Assembly: GCA_050575255.1 (NCBI GenBank)
Contig: JBNZDD010013686.1
Location: 2,103,742-2,167,741 of the forward strand
Length of the DNA stretch: 64,000 bases
Direction: 5' to 3'
Origin: Harriotta raleighana
Taxonomy: Eukaryota
The notes beneath the pieces were generated by a model that was not told where the DNA came from, did not search any database, and saw nothing but the letters and a program-made list of their open reading frames with translations. Of this stretch, positions 59,431 to 64,000 are shown in pieces (the first letter of the stretch is position 1; the number at the start of each line of letters is the position of its first letter). Made by a program: the position numbers and the translations under genes.

Positions 59431-60989
59431 TATTTTATCATTGATCAGCTATGGCAAATTGACAGAATCTAAAATTGTTTACTAATTTAGCAACATCTTA
59501 TTTCCGCAGTATCTTGCCAAATAAGTTACAAGAGAAGATAAAGCTCTTGTATAATGGTCCTGGAATGTGTGCAAACAAGCTGTGAGCAATTTTGAAAGTT
59601 CAAGGGAAATAATGAAGCACTGGACTTCAAATATGTTACCTCTGTGGAGTAAATGAGTGGCATGGAAACAGAATAAAAACCTTGCCAAACCAGTGATAGT
59701 TCAATATTTCCACTTTCTTTTTTGTGCTTATTATGGTGACAAAAGAAAGGTTGTTGAGTGTGGATAGTTTTTTTCAGCCCAGCTTTTAGTGTTTTGCAAA
59801 GGCTAGACATAATTGCAATCTTCCCAGAATTTAACACAAAGCTTTTCACAGCTTGTATAACTAGCGAGAAAAATGGTGGAATCCTCTCACCCTAAAATTT
59901 TCATCCCCAGACCCCAATGACCAGATGAAGACTTGAAACTGAATGGGGATTTCATTCCAGGCTCTAATTTAGTGGTTTGATCTTCCCCTTAAAAGTTAGA
60001 CACATTCATTTCATGAAGTCTCTCAATTTATTCTGAATTTTATAAGAACAATCATAGCTATTCCTGTTCTAATGCAACTTTGGCCTGTTCTGATTTCAAA
60101 TCATTTATAGCAATATTTCACTGTGTTTGCTTATTGTAATAAGCCATTCTAGACAAAACATTTAGAATTGCACTATCTCTTATATATCTTCCCTCTTTCT
60201 CTCCTGATTGGGCCAGCTTTTCCTGGATTGGTATTGAATCATGCGCTAGAAGCTTTTTTAAAAAAAAAATCCTCTTGTTTTCATTCTAAATAAAATTAAT
60301 ATCATATTGGAGCAATTCACTTATTGTTCAGTACATTTTTCATAGGAGGGAAGGGGCTCCATGAAAGCTGTTAAAGATCATGCAATTCCGTAGCTTGTTG
60401 TCAAGAGCAGAGAAAGAATGACTGATCATTTGTCAGTATGTACAATGGTGAAATCAGAACTGTAAGAATGCTTCAATTCCAACTAAACATTTAACTGAAA
60501 TGATTTACAGAAAATCTGACCCTTCAACACAGTTAAGAATAACCTCACCTGACAAACAGAAGCAAAGGTGCATGCATTTGAACATCACTCTTCTCTTGTC
60601 TTCAAAACTTCTCCACATGAATTGATTTTTTCTCCGACAACCTTTGAAAGGATGAAAGTTTTTCACGATGAAACCAATAAGTTTTTTTGACATTCTCCAA
60701 TAATTTATTTGAAGTATCTCCAAATAGTCTCACCAAAAATCAGCAGGAATATCGCACATGACAGTATCAAAAATAATTGAAAACAGTCAAAAAAAGGTAT
60801 TTCACAATAAAAGAACAGTTTTCAAGATAATCTTTGATTTTTCAGTCACCAGCTGTCTCAAATGGTTTTATAATTCCTCTCTCCCACTAAATGTTTTTGC
60901 TCTTGAGATAACTTTAAAAAATAATAATTGTACAGCTAGGAAGTGTAGATCTTCCTAGCCATAAGAACCTTGTTGTTAGCCGATTTGCG

Positions 60990-61217
60990 GATTGCTTTTC
61001 TGGAAGTAATAATTCCTTCAAAAGAAATAGTAATGATAAATTGATCACTTCAATCCACGACTGTTTTGTAGGGCACTGCTGCGTGTAATTAGCTGCCGCA
61101 TTTTGCCCACAAAATTTACAGCCAATTCACTTCACAGTATATTCTGTGAATGCTTTGAGACATCTTTAAGACATGATAAGGCATTATATCAAATGCAAGG
61201 ATTATTATTATTATTAT
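60990..61217 (+). mobile_element. Young SINE, 3' two-thirds
   Basis: AATAATTCCTTCAAAA...CAATCCACGACTGTTTTGTAGGGCACTGCTG...CAAATGCAAGG followed by (ATT)n. Confidence 0.82.
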
Positions 61218-61359
61218 CAACCTTTTTGCATGATATCAATCTTTCAGTTTGGAGCATGGTTTCTCTGGCCAGCAGCAATTTACTGATTTTTCTCCAGAAT
61301 ATTTTCTCTTATTTGAGCCAATGGACTGACACATGACAAGCAATTTCCGTGTGGAGGAC

Positions 61360-61605
61360 ATCATGATCAAGACTGACTATTCTAAATTCACACATGGACA
61401 TTTTCTAGTGATGAGGGGGTAGGGAATGTCACTGGATACCTGGTAAGAGTCAAAAACCCTTTCTGATTCCTTCCCTCCCTGTCCCTGAGCACAATGATGC
61501 CAATTGTAGTGGCCACAGTGTTGCCTTGGTTGAGATGAGCTAATTCAGCACAGACCAGGATTTTCCTGAATGGTTTAACTCAGTGCAACACTATGTGGTC
61601 CATTA
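61360..61605 (-). mobile_element. Ancient SINE, AmnSINE2-like
   Basis: GTCACTGGATA...GCCAATTGTAGTG...GGTTGAGATGAGCTAATTCAGCACAGACCAGG. Confidence 0.6.
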
Positions 61606-61969
61606 ACATTGAAATATGTTATTTCCTTCTTTTACATTTATGCATTTATTACTTTTTCTTCTCCATTCCACAGCAGCCTTTTGAGATGTCCTCCTGACGT
61701 GAAAAGCCATATATAAGTGTAATTTTGTTGTTGTTCAATTTACACTTTTACACAATTTGAACATAAACCAGGAAGCATTATGATGTATAAACATGGCATG
61801 ATTCACTTTAATATCCTCCATTGCTGTTTGTTGCTTTGTCAAAAAAGTTCTATTTAAAACATTTGTTGTGATTGCTTTAGATTTTTCCTTTTATACAGAC
61901 TGTCAATCTCCAAATAGTGGAGATGGTTGCAATTACCTGTCATTTTAGATCCCTATTCATTTTTAACAA

Positions 61970-62290
61970 AAGGTTCACCTAGTGACTTAGTGGGTAATTG
62001 AACTGCCCAGTACCATCATTAAGCTAAAATGATCAGAATATTGCATATTCAAATGTGTGTGTGTTGTGTTAGCTGAGCTTATATAGGGCAGCTACAATTC
62101 TCCTCAGTTGCTTCTGGATGAGAGAAATCACAGTTTATGATCTTGCTTTTGATAGTTTTCCAACGACATCTGCTGAAGAGTGTATATCAGATGAGGTCAC
62201 CATCAGGCCCAGTGTGAAGCTTCCCAAAGTTAACTGCCAAGCCTCACACATGCAGAATGGCCACTTGGGACTCCACTGCAAGAGTTGGTG
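61970..62290 (+). mobile_element. Ancient SINE, AmnSINE2-like
   Basis: CTAGTGACTTAGTGGGTAATTGAACTG...GTTAGCTGAGC...CTACAATT...CTCACACATGCAGAATGGCCACTTGGG. Confidence 0.58.
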
Positions 62291-64000
62291 TCTTTGGAGA
62301 GGAAAGAAGAAGATTGACTAAAAAGTATGGATTGCCACTGATTTATAATTGCATTGTGCTACTCCTTTCCAAATTAGTTACAGCTACTGAAGACAAGGCA
62401 ACAGTTGTCATTGGATGGGGTTATATAGAATCAAGGCAAACTGGTTGCCTGAGACAACAAATAGTTTATGAACATGAAAATGTTACTATGAGACTGCTCA
62501 GCGCCGAACATTTTAAAAAGGTGCTAGCTGGTTATGATCTTGATGGCATTTACTGACGAACTAATGCTATTGTTAAATGAGTGTCAAAAATAATTCCACA
62601 GCCAAGGATCATGCAATGGAAATCAAAACAACAAAGTTAATTATTGCTGAATATAGTGTACTGTACAATGTATGCCAGAATGTGTTTATAAGCTAACTTG
62701 TAAAACAAAAGGAACATTCCATATTGACGGCACATTACATACGTCCTTTCACTTACTTGAACAACCTTCAAAAGGATCCATTCAGCATTCAGGATGTTTT
62801 TACTTCTGAATTCATGTTATTGGGATGACTCACGTCAGTCCAGCGATTTAAAATTTTCTACTGCTTCAGCTTCAGCCTGAATCACTACCAAATCAGGTGT
62901 ATGTGAAACTTGGGTTATATACATCATAAATCTTCCCCAACTGCTTCAGAAATGTGTCTGCTCTACAGTGATCCAACACTGTACTACTATGCAACAATGG
63001 AAAAACATGCATAATACTTAAGCGAATAACAATCAACTTATCAGTGGTTAACGTAGTTTGGAACACTGGCCCCGGTTTCTGGTTGTTAAGCTGATTTTGC
63101 ACTTTCACACAGAACACTTAAGCACTCTGAGCAGTGCTCTGTATGAAGATACTGATATTCCTCAAATGTTTTGTATGTAAATATAACTTATTTATACCTT
63201 TTAAACCATTTCATTGCAACAATTTGCTGTAGATTAATTTTGAATTGCTTATTTGCACAGCTCATCAAAACTTAGTTACTTTCTGCAGTGGGTTAGTGGG
63301 TTACCTCTGTCTTTATAATCAATTTTACCTCTATATGCAGAGGTATATAGAGAGGTGAAAAGATTGTTACTTTGCGAAATCAGGGCATGATAAACTTTGC
63401 TGTTGCTTTATGTCACATCTAAGGCCAAATTTAAATGTAGCCCAAATTGATGGGTATGGAAGTCTCTTCCATTGGGACATCCTCCCAATGTGAAAGATGC
63501 TCTATTAATGTAATATTTTTGTTCTTGTTCCATTTGGTATCTCAATCTAGTTCCTTGGTGGGCAATGGCTCACAGTATAAAAGTGACCTTTGTTTTGCAT
63601 TAAATAGACAATCATGCCACCAAAGCATGACATGGGAATATCCCTAAATCTTGAACAATCTCTTCCTAGAGGACTGACCCTGCTTATCTAATTCTGAAAA
63701 TTATTCAATCGAGATTGCCAGGAATAAAGGCTTCAGGGCCCCAGAGAGTGCCTTGGGAGTATTGCTGGAATTTAACCAACTAAGATGGTTGCCATTGCAA
63801 ACACTATTCTGGCAAGCTTCCCACTGCTTGTCCAAGTAGGATCACTTTACTTGTAGGCTTTGGCTTCTGGTGTTAACAGGAGCCAAATGGGAAGACTCCT
63901 TGCCTCCAGTGCCTGGTCTGCCTCTGCATATCCTGCAGTTGAGTCAGGTGTGTCTGGTCTTTCAGCAATAGTAAATTAGAAAACTGCAGACTTGACTGGT

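Noticed and set aside
1-64000. CRISPR array or prokaryotic system
   Set aside because: The recurring ~300-bp units are dispersed SINEs in both orientations, not regularly spaced direct repeats, and the sequence is vertebrate throughout.

Overview
Vertebrate genomic DNA, AT-rich and repeat-rich. The repeat content (CR1/HER1-type LINE tails, L2 LINEs, Deu-domain tRNA-SINEs) points to a cartilaginous fish, most likely a chimaera such as the elephant shark; this is inference from recalled consensus sequences, not a search. I can support only one protein-coding gene: GPR101, an orphan class A GPCR with an intronless CDS on the minus strand (ATG at 2866, stop at 1472, 464 aa) in a CpG-rich island. 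The remaining ~61 kb upstream is a gene desert. In other gnathostomes this interval lies between GPR101 and ZIC3. It holds about 20 copies or fragments of a young tRNA/Deu SINE, older SacSINE1-like and AmnSINE2-like SINEs, decayed CR1, L2 and RTE fragments, and repeat-free blocks that look like conserved non-coding elements. The most interesting observations are a divergently oriented group of CTCF motifs upstream of GPR101, three RFX X-box palindromes, a short His-rich third intracellular loop in GPR101, an L2-type tail flanked by a 64-bp direct repeat, stacked L2 tails, and SINEs that appear to record successive stages of one lineage. Two single-N positions mark probable assembly artefacts. 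I see no convincing wholly new multi-gene system. Repeat boundaries were read by eye and are approximate.
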